60,243 nucleotides of DNA, filler included, from Jimgerdemannia flammicorona (GCA_003990765.1; 2 parts of 2 records of this genome joined end to end with filler, not necessarily neighbours in it); one strand, 5' to 3'; positions 13,328 to 24,471 are shown, numbered from the whole stretch's first letter. Notes: generated from the sequence alone by a model not told the origin. Numbers and translations are program-made.

Positions 13328-16300
13328 ATGAACAGTACAACCAATATTTTTTCTTTGAACATAAATGGGCTAAGGGGCACAGTTAGATGCAGGAATATTT
13401 TTATTTGGTTGAAGGGATTGGAGGCCAATCTCTTCCTCTTGCAGGATGTCAGGTACGAGGATGATTCCGATAGGATGGAATGGACTAAGGAATGGGGTGG
13501 CATGGCAATTTGGAACAGCAAGGTTGGGATTCTGGTTCAGAAAGGCAGAGGGGAGATAAGTGATGTGAGGAGCTGGGGAGAGAGACTGGTCTGGGGAGAG
13601 TGGATTCATGCAGGTTGGGAGCCAGTCACAGTTGGCTCCTGTTACTGCCCTGCTATGTGGGGGGAGTATGTGGATTGGGTGAAAGGGCTCCTGGAGAGTG
13701 GGATCCTTGCTGAAGCTGGGTTGGATATGCTTGGAGGAGATTTCAATATGGTTTGGGATGTATGGCTGGATAGAACTGATGGAGGATGGGGTGCTGAGAG
13801 CAGGAGTGGGGGGCTGGCAATGTGGAAGGAGGTCAAAAGGCTAGGAGCACTGGTGGATGTTGGTAGGGAGTACTGGGGGGACAGGAGGGTGTATATGCAT
13901 TGGGCTGGAGGTCTGGGGACAAGGATAGACTGGATTCTGATGGCTGACTGTTGGGGCTGTGGTGTTTAGAAGGTGCTAGAGATAGAATGGTGTCCGTGGT
14001 CAGATCACTGGGGCCTTTTGGAATAGAGGTGTTTTGGGGGAAGTGGTGATGGGCCTGGACATTGGCACCTAAATTCCTCCTTGTTGGATGATGAGTCCCA
14101 GTGAGAGGAGTGGGCAAAAGACATTCAGCTAAAGGTGGCAAATTGGTGGCAGGAAGGGGCCACAATTGGGGTTCAGTAGATGAGGATGAAAGAGATGGCC
14201 AGGATGTACTGGAGCGAGGCTGGCAGAGTGGCTGGGAAGCAGTGAAGGCAGAGAGTACATTAGGCTTCTACTAGATTGACTAGGCTCCTAGAGGAGTGGG
14301 CAAGACTGGCTGTAGTGGAGGGAGAAGAGAATTGGAGAATAACAAGGGTAAAGATGGAGGTTGGAGAACTACAACAGGTGCTGCAGGAAGAGGAAGAGTT
14401 AAGAATATAAGGCCTAGTGGCATGGCTTCATTGGCAGGGGCTGGAGGAAGGGGAGAGGCCTTCCAAGTTTCTCTCAAGGACACTTCGAGTGAGAAGGGTA
14501 CAGCAGCGGTGGGAAGGAGTACTTGACTTGGATGATATACTAGTGCATGGTATATAGGATATCCTTAGAATGCTGAAGGTGTGATGGAGTGGATTGTGGA
14601 GTGAGGAGGAGGGTGGGACAGATGCTACAGCCATTGACCAAACATTAGAAGATTGGCACCCACCACAAGCTGAGAGGTTAGGGGACCTGGTAATGCCTGT
14701 AAAGGAGGACGAGATCTGCTAGATTCTTGCCATGACAGCCTTGGGTATGGTGCCTGGGGAGGATGGCCTACTCTGGGACTTCTGGAAGCAAATGGTTGGA
14801 GTCCCAGGCATGTTGGGAGAGTTGACAGCACTGTGTGACTTTATATTGATGGGTGGGGGAGCAGGATCTTAGGCTGGTGACGCTGCTTTATAAGAACAAA
14901 GGAAGGTGAGAGGATTGGAAGAACTGGCAGCCGATTATGTTACTAGATATGGACAGAAAGTTGGTGACTAAGGTGGTGGTCGCAAGGCTACAGAAGGTAG
15001 CCTGGCAAATTGTGAGTGATGAGCAGAGGGGCTTCATAGGAGGTCGGCTTATTAGAGATAGCACAGCCTGGGTACATGGAGTTATTGAAGGTACTCGAGC
15101 CTGTGGACTAGATGGGCATCTTGTCTTCTTGGACCAGGAGAAGGCTTATGACTGGGTGTGGCAAGTCTGGCTGGTAAAAGTATTAGATAGAATTGGGGTT
15201 CCAGTCCCATTTTGGTTGGTAATGGTCAGCCTACTGGAAAGGAGTAGGGCTGCACTCATGTGTAATAGGCATAGAGGGGTAGCATTCCCTCTGGATAGGG
15301 GAGTGCCCCAGAGGGACCCACTGTCCCCCATTTTGTATGCACTTTCCTTGGAACCTCTAATGGACAGGATTTGACAGAGGATAGTAGGGCTCTCTATCTA
15401 TAGAGTTGGCTGGAAAGTTGGAGCCTTTGAAGATGACATGGTGGTTGGTTTGGAAGTGACTACAGATGTCGAGGAGCTCAAGAAGACAGTGGAGTGGTAT
15501 GAGGAGAACTCTGGGGCGAAGCTGAATTGGCACAAGTACGAAACAATGGTGCTGGGCAATGGCCTGGTGGGTGGAGAAGTTATTGGAACAATTGTCTCCA
15601 CCAGAGAGGCAGTGTGGTACTTGGGCATCTATTTGTTGGTCTATGGATCTGTTCTGCCCAGGCTGTGGTGGGAGCAGAGGATTGGAATTTGGGAGAAGGA
15701 CCTGCAGAGTTGGGGGGGAAGATACTTCTCTCTGGCAGGAAGGATCTCAATTTTGAATATATACTGGCTGCCAAAGCTGTGGTATTTGGCTTATCATCTG
15801 GACTTCCCAGCCTGGGTGGTGAAGAGATTGGTGAAAGTAGCCAAGGGATGGATTTGGGCTGACAGACAGAGTCAGATTGGTTGGGAGACTTTGTCCCTAC
15901 CAGTGGCAAGAGGTGGTCTTGGGCTGGTGGACTTCCCCAAGAGACTACACTGCTTGAGGGCATGGTGGCTTAGGAGGGCAGTGGAGTTGTGTGGAGGGGG
16001 CTGGGTTCCCCTGCTGCAGATGGTATAGAAGAGGCAGTCATCACCAAGAGGCTTGACTGGTGATCTTCTTTCATTAGTTGGGCTTCAGAACACTGCACAA
16101 CTGAGATATAAAGGCTTCTGGTGGGGGATAGCTGAGGGGGTACACTGCATTGGTATTCACTGGCAAGGGGATGAGGGGGAGAGGGCTTGGGGTCCAGCAA
16201 TGTGGAGATGGAATGGTATTCTTCTGGGAGGTATGCCTTTACTTGAGTTCAATATTGGTGATGGAATCAAATACCAAAGGGGACCGGGCCAGGATCTGTG

Positions 16301-16974
16301 GCCTAGTGGTTGACAAGGAGTTAGAATTGGTAAGGAGTGGGACTAGCATGGGGTTTGGACCTGGAGTGCTGCAGTGAAAAATTAGATGCCACTGAAGTAC
16401 TGGGTGGTCTGGTGGCATGTGCTGAGGAGGAATGTAATGCTTAACTTCTGCTCAGGACACCTTGTCATAGGGGGCTACTTTGACTGTGAGGAGTGCCATA
16501 ATGTAGGGCAGGAAGGGAGATTTGTACAGATGCCAGAACATTGGCTAGGGGAGTGTGAGGTGTTGGGAGACTTTTGGTAGGCCATTGGAGACCGCTTGGG
16601 GGTAAGGCGTAGGGGAGATGATGTACAGGGGAGGTGGGAGGACCTGAGGGATCGATTGATAGGAGGGGTAGGGGAGGAGTAGATTACTCTAGGCTGGGCA
16701 TTGGCAATTTGGGTTGGGCTGGCTGGTCACTGGCTATTTGTATTTGAGGAGGAGAGGCGATAGAGCTTGGAGAGCTGGTTATCACGGTGGCAGTACCTTA
16801 TGGAGGATATCTTGACAGGCTGGTGGCTTGGTTGGGGTGGTAGAGGGAGTTGGAGGTGCCACTTAGTGGTGAAAATCTGTGGTCAGAGTAGTGGGAGAGT
16901 TGGAGTTATTAGTGAGAGGGTGGTCTTTGTATGTAAAGAAATGGGGAGGGGCCCCCTGATGGGGATTGGATAGT
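13328..16974 (+). pseudogene. LINE C ORF2: APE endonuclease, RT and C-terminal Cys/His finger
   Basis: FSLNINGL, LQDVR, GGDFN, TRIDWIL, SDH, DQEKAYD, GVPQRDPLSP, AFEDD, CEEC...EHWLGEC. Confidence 0.92.
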
Positions 16975-17032
16975 AGGTGGTGATATTGTATACTTATTCA
17001 TAGACTAATAATAAAGACAGAGTCCAAGGGAC

Positions 17033-17067
<35 letters not shown>

Positions 17068-18623
17068 GAGGAGAACTCTGGAGTGAAGCTGAATTGGTAC
17101 AAATGTGAAACAATGGTGCTAGGCAATGGTCTGGTGGGAGGAGAGGTTATTGGAATGATTGTCCCTACCAGAGAGATGGTACAGTACTTGAGCATCTATT
17201 TGTCAGTCTATAGATCTGTTCTATCTAGGCTGTGGTGGGAGCAGAGGGTTGGAATCTGAGAGGAGGACCTGCGGGGTTGGGGGGAAGACACTTCTCTCTG
17301 GCAGGAAGGATCTCGATTTTGAATGTATACTGACTGCCAAAGCTGTGGTATTTGACTTATCATCTGGACTTCCCAGCCTGAGTAGTGAAGAGATTGGTGA
17401 AGGTGGCCAAGGGATGGATTTGGGCTGGTAGACAGGGTCAGATTGGTTGGGAGACCTTGTCCCTACTGGTGGCGAGAGGTGGTCTTGGACTGGTAGACTT
17501 CCCCAAACGACTACACTGCTTGAGGGCATGGTGGCTTAAGAGGGCAGTGGAGTTACAAGGAGGGGGTTGGGTTCCCCTGCTGCAGAAGGTCTAGGAGAGG
17601 CGGTCATCACCAAGAGGCTTGACTGGTGATCTTCTTTCATTAGTTGGGCTTCGGAACACTGCACAATTGTGATATAAAGGCTCCTGGTGGGGGATAGCAG
17701 AGGGGGCACACCATATTGGTATTCACTGGCAAGGGGATGAGGGGGAGAGGGCTTGGGACCCAGTGATGTGGAGATGGGATGGCATTCTACTGGGCAGCGT
17801 ACCTTTACCTGAGTTCAACATTAGTGATGGAGTAGAATGTTAGAGGTGACCAGGCCAGGATCTGTGGCCTAGTGGTTGGCAAGGAGTTGGAATTGGAGAG
17901 AAGTGGAACTGGTATGGAGTTTGGATCTGGAGTACTACAGTGAAAAAATGGATGCCGCTGAAGTACTGAGTGGTCTGGTGGCGTATGCTGAGGAGGAATG
18001 TGATGCTTAACTTCTGCTCAGGATACCTTATCATAGAGGGCTGCTTTGACTATGAGGAGTGCTTTAATGTAGGACAGAAGGGGAGTTTTATACAGATGCC
18101 AGAACATTGGCTTGGAGAGTGTGAGGTGTTGGGAGGCTTTTGGTGGGCCATTGGGGACTGCTTGGGGGTGAGGCGTAGGGGAGATGATGTAAGGGGGAGG
18201 TGGGAGGACCTGAGGGATCGATTGGTAGGAGGGGTAGGGGTGGAGTAGATTACCCTAGGCTGGGCATTGGCTATTTGGATTGGGCTGGCCAGTCACTGGC
18301 TATTTGTATTTGAGGAGGAGAGGCGACAGAGCTTGGGGAGCCAGTTATCACAATGGCAGTACCTTATGGAGGACACCTTGACAGGCTGGTGGCTTGGTTG
18401 GGGGCTGCAGGGGGGTCAGAGGTACTGCTTGGTGGTGAAAATCTGTGATCAGAGTGGTGGGAGGGTTGGAGTCATTGGTGAGAGGGTGGTCTTTATACAG
18501 AAAGAGGTGGGGAGGGGCCCCTCTATGGGAATTGGATAGTGGATAGTGATATTGTATACTTATTTATAGACTGGTAATAAAGGTGAAGTCCAAGTGACTA
18601 TAAAAAGGAAAAAAAAAAAAAAA

Positions 18624-19018
18624 GTAACAAAAAATGCATCAGCCATTTATTGCCATGTAAAAACATAGTCCTTATATACAAAATATGACATCCCAAATGG
18701 GAGGATGTGCTACAACTTGGGGCAAACCGAATTAGGAACCACATGATCACCAGAGATAGGCAGAGATAAAGGGGGAGCCAATCTCAGTTGTAGGATAAAA
18801 ATCACAAACAAACACAAACAAAACAAATCCAAATCGAGATTAAAAAACATCTGCAGACCCTGGAGGGGTAAGCATGAGCAAGGGGTGAGGCTGAAACAGA
18901 GCGAGCCACAGTGAGCCCAAGTGAAGTGAGGGGCCAAAGGCAGCAGAGGAGAGTGGAGTAAGGCCGAGACCCCAGAGTGAGCACGAGACCCCGGAGGGGG
19001 CAAGGATGTTTTTTAATC
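18624..19018 (-). repeat. Inner part of the PLE 3' pLTR, including a 14-bp inverted repeat and a 153-bp loop
   Basis: Direct repeat of ~22282-22676. GATTAAAAAACATC (18838-18851) pairs with GATGTTTTTTAATC (19005-19018). Confidence 0.92.
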
Positions 19019-19019
19019 C

Positions 19020-21030
19020 TCTCCAGCAACCAGAAGTACCAGAAGGTGACGAAAATGCAAAATGAGAGTGATGGATTAAAGAAGAAATAGAAGGAAGATG
19101 TGAACAAGCAATCAGAGGGCGTCGAGAAAGAGATGAAAGTCCATGGTATAAAAGAGAAGAGTGCAGGACAGTATCAGGGTGTTAAGCAATCCAGTGAGTA
19201 CGATCAAATAGTATGACAAGAATTGGGGGTGGGAAAAAAGAGAGGGTATGGAGAGAGTAAGGGGGGAGGGAGGGAAGGAAGGGGGGGTAAAGAGGAGAGA
19301 GTAGGGAAGAGTGAACAACAGACCATTCAATAGAAGCAAGCAGATTGCGAATAATAAAAATAGAGTAGGCATGACAATGGACCACAAAGTTGCCAAGAAC
19401 CTGAATAGCAGACACCCAATCAGAATGACAGGAGCAGCATAGTGCAAGATGATGAGCCTCACTACGAATGCATTCAAGAAGAGTGTGATAAGGATGATTG
19501 AACAAGAAGTCAGGGAACTGTTGGGAACAGGGAAAATGGGAATAAACAACAGTTCGGAAAGGAGAAAGAGAAATGGAAAGGTCCAAAAAGGGGATACTAG
19601 TCATACTGCACACCCAGGTAATAGAATTGTGGGGAGGGTAGATGCCCAGGAACACACTAGGGATATCAATACCAGCAACAGTGAAGACAATAAAGTCATC
19701 AATATATCAGCGAAAGAAGATATCCCCAGCCCAGAACACAATGGAAAGAGGTGAAGTAATATCATATAACGTACACAATTCATGGGCCAGACCAATAAGG
19801 TTGGCAAAGGTGGGGGTACAATTCATTTCCATGGCAATATCAGAAGTCTGGTGAAAGGAGCCAAGGGCCAACTCAAAATAATTAGAGCTGTAGATGAGGA
19901 GCGTAAGCTCAACAATGGAAGCCAGTGAAACTGGGGAATCCAAAGGAAAAACAATAGAACCCAGGAAGCAAAGGCAATCATTGATCTCATCAAAACAAAT
20001 AGCAGTATAAAAGAAAGAGAAGTCACCAGAGGCCAAATGGGAAAAATGGTGGACAGGCACAATGGTGGAGCAGAGAAGGGTGAGCTCCTGAGTATTATGA
20101 AGAATGGTATACTCAGGCCCAAGATGGTGTTGTAAGAGAGCCATCCAGGAGAGAAAGAAGTGAGATAACCACTTCGAAATCTCAGTGGTAGGAGAACTGT
20201 AAGCAGCCATAATGGGATGCCAAGCCAAAATAGGCTTGTGAACTTTAGGAAGAGTATAAAAAACCAGAAGAGAAACATCCGGGGAGGACAAAGAGTCCTG
20301 AAAGAAGTTAAAAATGGGGTTCACGAATGGAGAGTCCAAAAGCAACCTAGCACAAGCCAGAGAAACCTGAAGAAGAGTGAGAATCTCATCCAATCCAAGA
20401 GCACTAGGCTCATAAGCCATGGCTCGAAGGAGGGCAGAAAGGCCATCAAGATAGAGTGACTTAGGAATAAGTGCAAAACCCTGATTCTTATCAGTGACTG
20501 TGAGCAAATGCATAGGCAATTGCTTGACTGATTTAAGCGTGTTATGCACAGCACAGTCTGAAACCAAGCAAGAGCGAGCACGTCTGGGAACAGACAGTGT
20601 GTAGGCCATGTCGAGGAATACATAGTATGAAGAGACATTGGGAGGGGGGACCCAATTGCTAGGAACAAAATAATGAGAGGGTATCTCACCACAATCTTGA
20701 AAGAAAATGGCAAGGTCAAGAGCATGATGAAAATGTGTGAGATGAGCTGGATCAGTGAAAGAGAATTGTGAGGGAGTCATAGGAAAAATGAAACAAGGAC
20801 CCAAGGATAAGGCAAAGACTTGAAGGGGAGAAAGAGGGTAGTCAGCCAGAGAAAAAAAGGAGGAGATAAAAGAGTTTCAAGAGAAGAGTAAACCCGAAAG
20901 TTCAGGACAAGCAACTGGGAAAGGCGAAGGGGGGACAATATGAGGAACCACTCAGGGCACACCAGAAGCGACGACGGAATCCGAGAAGGGATGGAGACAC
21001 CAGGGGAGAACTATGCCAGGGGGAAGTTTA
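19020..21030 (-). pseudogene. Penelope-type reverse transcriptase without a GIY-YIG domain
   Basis: One frame with a few stops: LSPLQVFALSLGPCF, TDKNQGFALI, FYTLPKVHK..WHPI, SGDFSFFYTAI, FHQTSDIAMEMNCTPTFANL, FR*YIDD (YIDD at 19695-19706), IPFLDLSI, thumb HPYH..IRSE, and terminal PLIACSHLPSISSLI. Confidence 0.9.
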
Positions 21031-22245
21031 AGAGCAGGAGGCCTTCCCCTTCCCTCTGACTTTTTTTGAAGGTGGTGAGCCCGACAAATGGGAGCACACC
21101 CCATCAGAGTACCAGACCTTGTGGCTACAGGCTTTCGTGCAGCCCTTACATTCAGGGGTATGGGTGGAGGAGGTGGAGGAGGAACTGGCAGAGGAGGCCA
21201 AAGGCGAGTGAGCAGCCGAAGGGGCAGCAGTATGAGGAACACCACCATGAGGACAGACAGACTTAGCCAGGTGCCAGTAGGCATGGTGGAGGCAACCGGA
21301 GCAGACAGCATAAGGCCAGGCCCTGACAGGGCAAGAACCAAGTTGGTGGCCATGTTTGGGGGCAGGGGGAACAGAGGAGGAAGCCTTGGTGGGAGAGGGA
21401 GACTGGGAAGAGGCCGATGAAGCTTGATTGGGCTTGGCAGGAGTCTTGGCAGGGGTCTTGGAGGGGGCCTTGGTAGCAGCAGTGGTGAAGAAATGAACCT
21501 CAGCACAAGCAGTAGTATGAGCTTTAACACAAATGGCCTTGGAGACTGAAACCTCAGGGGAGGCAGGCAGGGGGGTAGTGGTGGTAGCACGAGCAGCAGC
21601 AGTAGCATGTGACATCTCCTGCTTGTGAAGGCAAGCAACAAAAGAGGTGCTAGTGAGGAGAAAACAATGCACAGCATTGATGTTGGTGGTGACAGAAGAA
21701 ACATCTTGGATGGTGAAGCTACAGAAGGGGGCAGCATCTGAAAGGTGAGAGGAGGTGAAGGTCACAAAGGCAGCACAGGCATGGTGGAAGGAGACAGAAG
21801 TAGTGGTGGCAGAAGTGGCAGTAGCATCAGTGGTGGCAAGCTTGGCAGTAGCAGTGGTGGCACAAACCTCTTCAGAGAGGGCTTGGCAGTGGGCCTCAGA
21901 GAGAATGGAGTAGCAGATGGTGGGTGGAGCAATGACATCAATGTCATGGCAGAGATGAGCCTCCTTGGCAGAGAGGGTAAGAACCAACCAGAACTGGGAG
22001 AGGAGCAAATGACCAGAGGGACGAAGGTCCAAGGGAAGGGAAAGGATGGCAGATGAGATGTAGGTCTTGAATGAGACAGTGGTGGGGGTGAAGGTGGGGG
22101 GAGGAGGAGGAGGAAGAGCCTCATCCATGAGCTTGTCAATAAAGATGGAGGCCCTGAGAGCAGGCAGTACAGCAGAGGAGGAAGAAGGCCCAGCAGGAGC
22201 CAAGGGAGTGAACCCAGAGCCAGTGTCAAAATGAATGGAAGACAT
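21028..22245 (-). CDS. PLE ORF1: Ala/Thr-rich helical region, Pro/Lys linker, two Cys/His clusters, basic tail
   Basis: Uninterrupted ~405-codon frame from the ATG at 22245 (MSSIHFDTG), which lies inside the pLTR. Contains CSGCLHHAYWHLAKSVCPH and CKGCTKACSHKVWYSDGVCSH. Confidence 0.7.
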   Translation of the reverse strand: MSSIHFDTGSGFTPLAPAGPSSSSAVLPALRASIFIDKLMDEALPPPPPPTFTPTTVSFKTYISSAILSLPLDLRPSGHLLLSQFWLVLTLSAKEAHLCHDIDVIAPPTICYSILSEAHCQALSEEVCATTATAKLATTDATATSATTTSVSFHHACAAFVTFTSSHLSDAAPFCSFTIQDVSSVTTNINAVHCFLLTSTSFVACLHKQEMSHATAAARATTTTPLPASPEVSVSKAICVKAHTTACAEVHFFTTAATKAPSKTPAKTPAKPNQASSASSQSPSPTKASSSVPPAPKHGHQLGSCPVRAWPYAVCSGCLHHAYWHLAKSVCPHGGVPHTAAPSAAHSPLASSASSSSTSSTHTPECKGCTKACSHKVWYSDGVCSHLSGSPPSKKVRGKGKASCS

Positions 22246-22998
22246 GTAAAAAGGTATATATAAGGGAGACAAATAAAGAATATAACCAAAAATGCATCAG
22301 CCATTTATTGCCACATAAAAACATGGTCCTTATATACAAAATATGACATCCCAAATGGGAGGACGTGCCACAACTCGGGGCAAACCGAATTAGGAACCAC
22401 ATGACTGCCAGAGATAGGCAGAGATAAAGGGGGAGCCAATCCCAGTTGCAGGATAAAAATCACAAACAAATACAAACAAAACAAATCCAAATTGAGATTA
22501 AAAAATATCTGCAGACCCCGGAGGGGTGAGTATGAGCAAGGGGTGAGGCTGAAACAGAGCGAGCCGCAGTGAGCCCAAGCGAAGTGAGGGGCTGAAGGTA
22601 GCAGAGGGAAGTGGAGTAAGGCCAAGACCCCAGAGTGAGTATGAGACCCTGAAGGGGGCAAGGATGTTTTTTAATCTCAATTTGGATTTGTTTTGTTTGT
22701 ATTTGTTTGTGATTTTTATCCTGCAACTGGGATTGGCTCCTCCTTTATCTCCACCTATCTCCAGTAATCATGTGATTCCTAATTCGGTTCACTCTGAGTT
22801 ATGGTACATCCTCCCATTTGAGATGTCATATTTTGTATATAAGGACTGTGTTTTTACATGGCAATAAATGGCTGATGCATTTTCAGTTACATTCTTTGTT
22901 CATCCCCCTTATATATGCCTTTCCACATGTCTTCCATTCGTTTTAACACTGGCTCTGGGTTCACTTCCTTGGCTCCTGTGGACCTTCTTCCTCCTTCA
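22174..22998. repeat. Large hairpin: PLE 5' pLTR plus inverted copy (arms 22174-22509 and 22663-22998, loop 22510-22662)
   Basis: The arms are reverse complements with scattered transitions. Confidence 0.93.
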
Positions 22999-23500
22999 CT
23001 TGTTCAAAGTTGACAGCTATGTCAGACCACTACTCCAGAAAGTCCAAGATACATTTCTGAACCAAACCACAGAACCACCTATATCTGTCATTATCAATGA
23101 TCAAGAAAAATACAAAGTGGAACAAATCCTCAACAAATATAGCCACAAGAACTATCTAAATAGTACAACAATACTAGATCAAATTAGAAGGTCTCAATGA
23201 GGATATCAAAAGCTAAGAAGGGGAGAGTTGTAAGTGTATAACCTCCAAGCCACCAAAATTACATGTCATTCTCAGAACTAATTTGAAAATCACATGTGAG
23301 ACTACAAAACAAGTTACTGAAGAGATCATCTGGTTATACAAAATATGCCAGCAAATATGAGAACCTACCACCAAGACACAAGAATACTAGAAGAAGTACT
23401 ACAACCATAAGACCAACTCTAAACCTCTATAACTAGTTTAGTATACTATACTATTACAAAAGGAAACTAAAAGTACCAAACTCAAACTGAGACAAGAAGG
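22999..23500 (+). mobile_element. Chromovirus 3' end: integrase tail and chromodomain remnant, PPT, start of LTR at 23229
   Basis: VSY-like ...VRP...PISVIINDQEKYKVEQIL. PPT AGAAGGGGAGAG followed by TGTAAG. The right boundary is uncertain. Confidence 0.65.
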
Positions 23501-24003
23501 ACCCTATCTCATCTATCAAGAGTTCATGAACTATACTATCAAACTCAAGACTAAGATACACTGCAACTATACAAGACCATTACTTAGCAGAAGCAAAATG
23601 CATTTGAATAACTCTATTTACTCTATATATCTGTATTACCTCTATTGGAGAATGATAGATACTTCATCTGAACTCAAGAAAGCTAACATCATCAAAACCA
23701 ATCTCAAGCCATCCACATGATAGATATTACTACTAGAAATTGTCTTGGATTATAGAAAATATCATTTCTGAGAGGTTCAAACTCCCAGCTGTGATATTGA
23801 GAGTCCTTGCCCTAGACAAGGATGGCCAGTTCTTACAAATATACTAGTAGGCCAAAAAAAAAAGAGAGCCAAGACCTGTTATCCTTGTACAACTACTGCC
23901 ACCAAGGATAGCCTTAATCTTGCAAGAGATAGAAGTGACAATACCTTGAAACTGATGATATATATCAGAAGTCAGAAAACTGCTCAGACTTTGTCAGAGA
24001 TGA

Positions 24004-24471
24004 TGTCATTAATAGTAATATTATCAAAGACTAACCAGACAGCATCTAGATCTATAAATAGCTTAGCAGTCATAGCATAGTTAGATTAGCCTTGTATGAT
24101 GTGACTGTAAACTAACTCAGCAGTCAGATGATCCCTTGATATGTCAGATCATACTTATACTATGTGACTATATTCCAACTCAGCAAGGCACTAAGTACTA
24201 TATCCATATTCAGTATAGCTCAGATAGCCCCTCACTAGTATAAATACCCGCTCCCCCAGATCTCAGAATCTCAGACTCAAACACACAAGAATACTCTTGA
24301 ACACTTCTCACAATATCCCTTTACATAACTACTCCTAGTATAGTAATATCATGAATAGCAAATAAACCTATTTAATAACCTATAAACTACTCTTAAGTAA
24401 ATCTACTCTCTGTTAGGTCCCACTCCTAACCCATTACGAAATTTCCTAATTGGGTATTGTCTGCAGTGATA
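24004..24471 (+). repeat. Probable LTR of another retrotransposon that truncates the hAT element
   Basis: Starts TGTCA after a purine-rich stretch. TATAAATA near 24238, AATAAA near 24361, ends GTGATA. No second copy in the window. Confidence 0.45.

Larger units (their letters stand above)
11186..17064 (+). mobile_element. LINE copy C (full length), inserted in the RT region of copy B
   Basis: 5' end CATCTTTCTC, poly(A) at 17036-17064. 14-bp TSD tatgagaagaactc (11172-11185) / tatgaggagaactc (17065-17078). Confidence 0.95.
6856..18623 (+). mobile_element. LINE copy B (full length: 6856-11185 plus 17065-18623), inserted in the PLE pLTR
   Basis: 5' end CATCTTTCTC, ORF1 ~6935-8961, ORF2 from ATG ~8992 (MNSTTNIFSLNVN). 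AATAAA then an A-tail at 18602-18623. Approximate TSD gtaaccaaca/gtaacaaaaa. Confidence 0.9.
6735..22998 (-). mobile_element. Penelope-like element, endonuclease-deficient, ~4.5 kb after removing nested LINEs B and C, with direct pLTRs and terminal inverted repeats
   Basis: PLE-type RT at 19020-21030. Repeat unit a occurs at 6735-6855 plus 18624-18851, at 22174-22509, and inverted at 22663-22998. Confidence 0.85.

Noticed and set aside
18838..19018. Independent MITE bounded by the 14-bp inverted repeat
   Set aside because: Present at the same position in both pLTRs, has no TSD, and is continuous with the long hairpin stem, so it is part of the PLE.
19823..20278. Hydrophobic Leu/Phe-rich ORFs as membrane or env proteins
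   Set aside because: Alternative frames of the pyrimidine-rich PLE RT.
22860..22900. CTGATGC in the pLTR as a hammerhead ribozyme core
   Set aside because: The core should be CUGANGA with a downstream GAAA and closing helices, and these are not found in any of the three copies.
23520..24003. Possible host gene fragment
   Set aside because: No sustained ORF or recognisable motif. It lies between LTR-like sequences and is probably retrotransposon 3' internal sequence.
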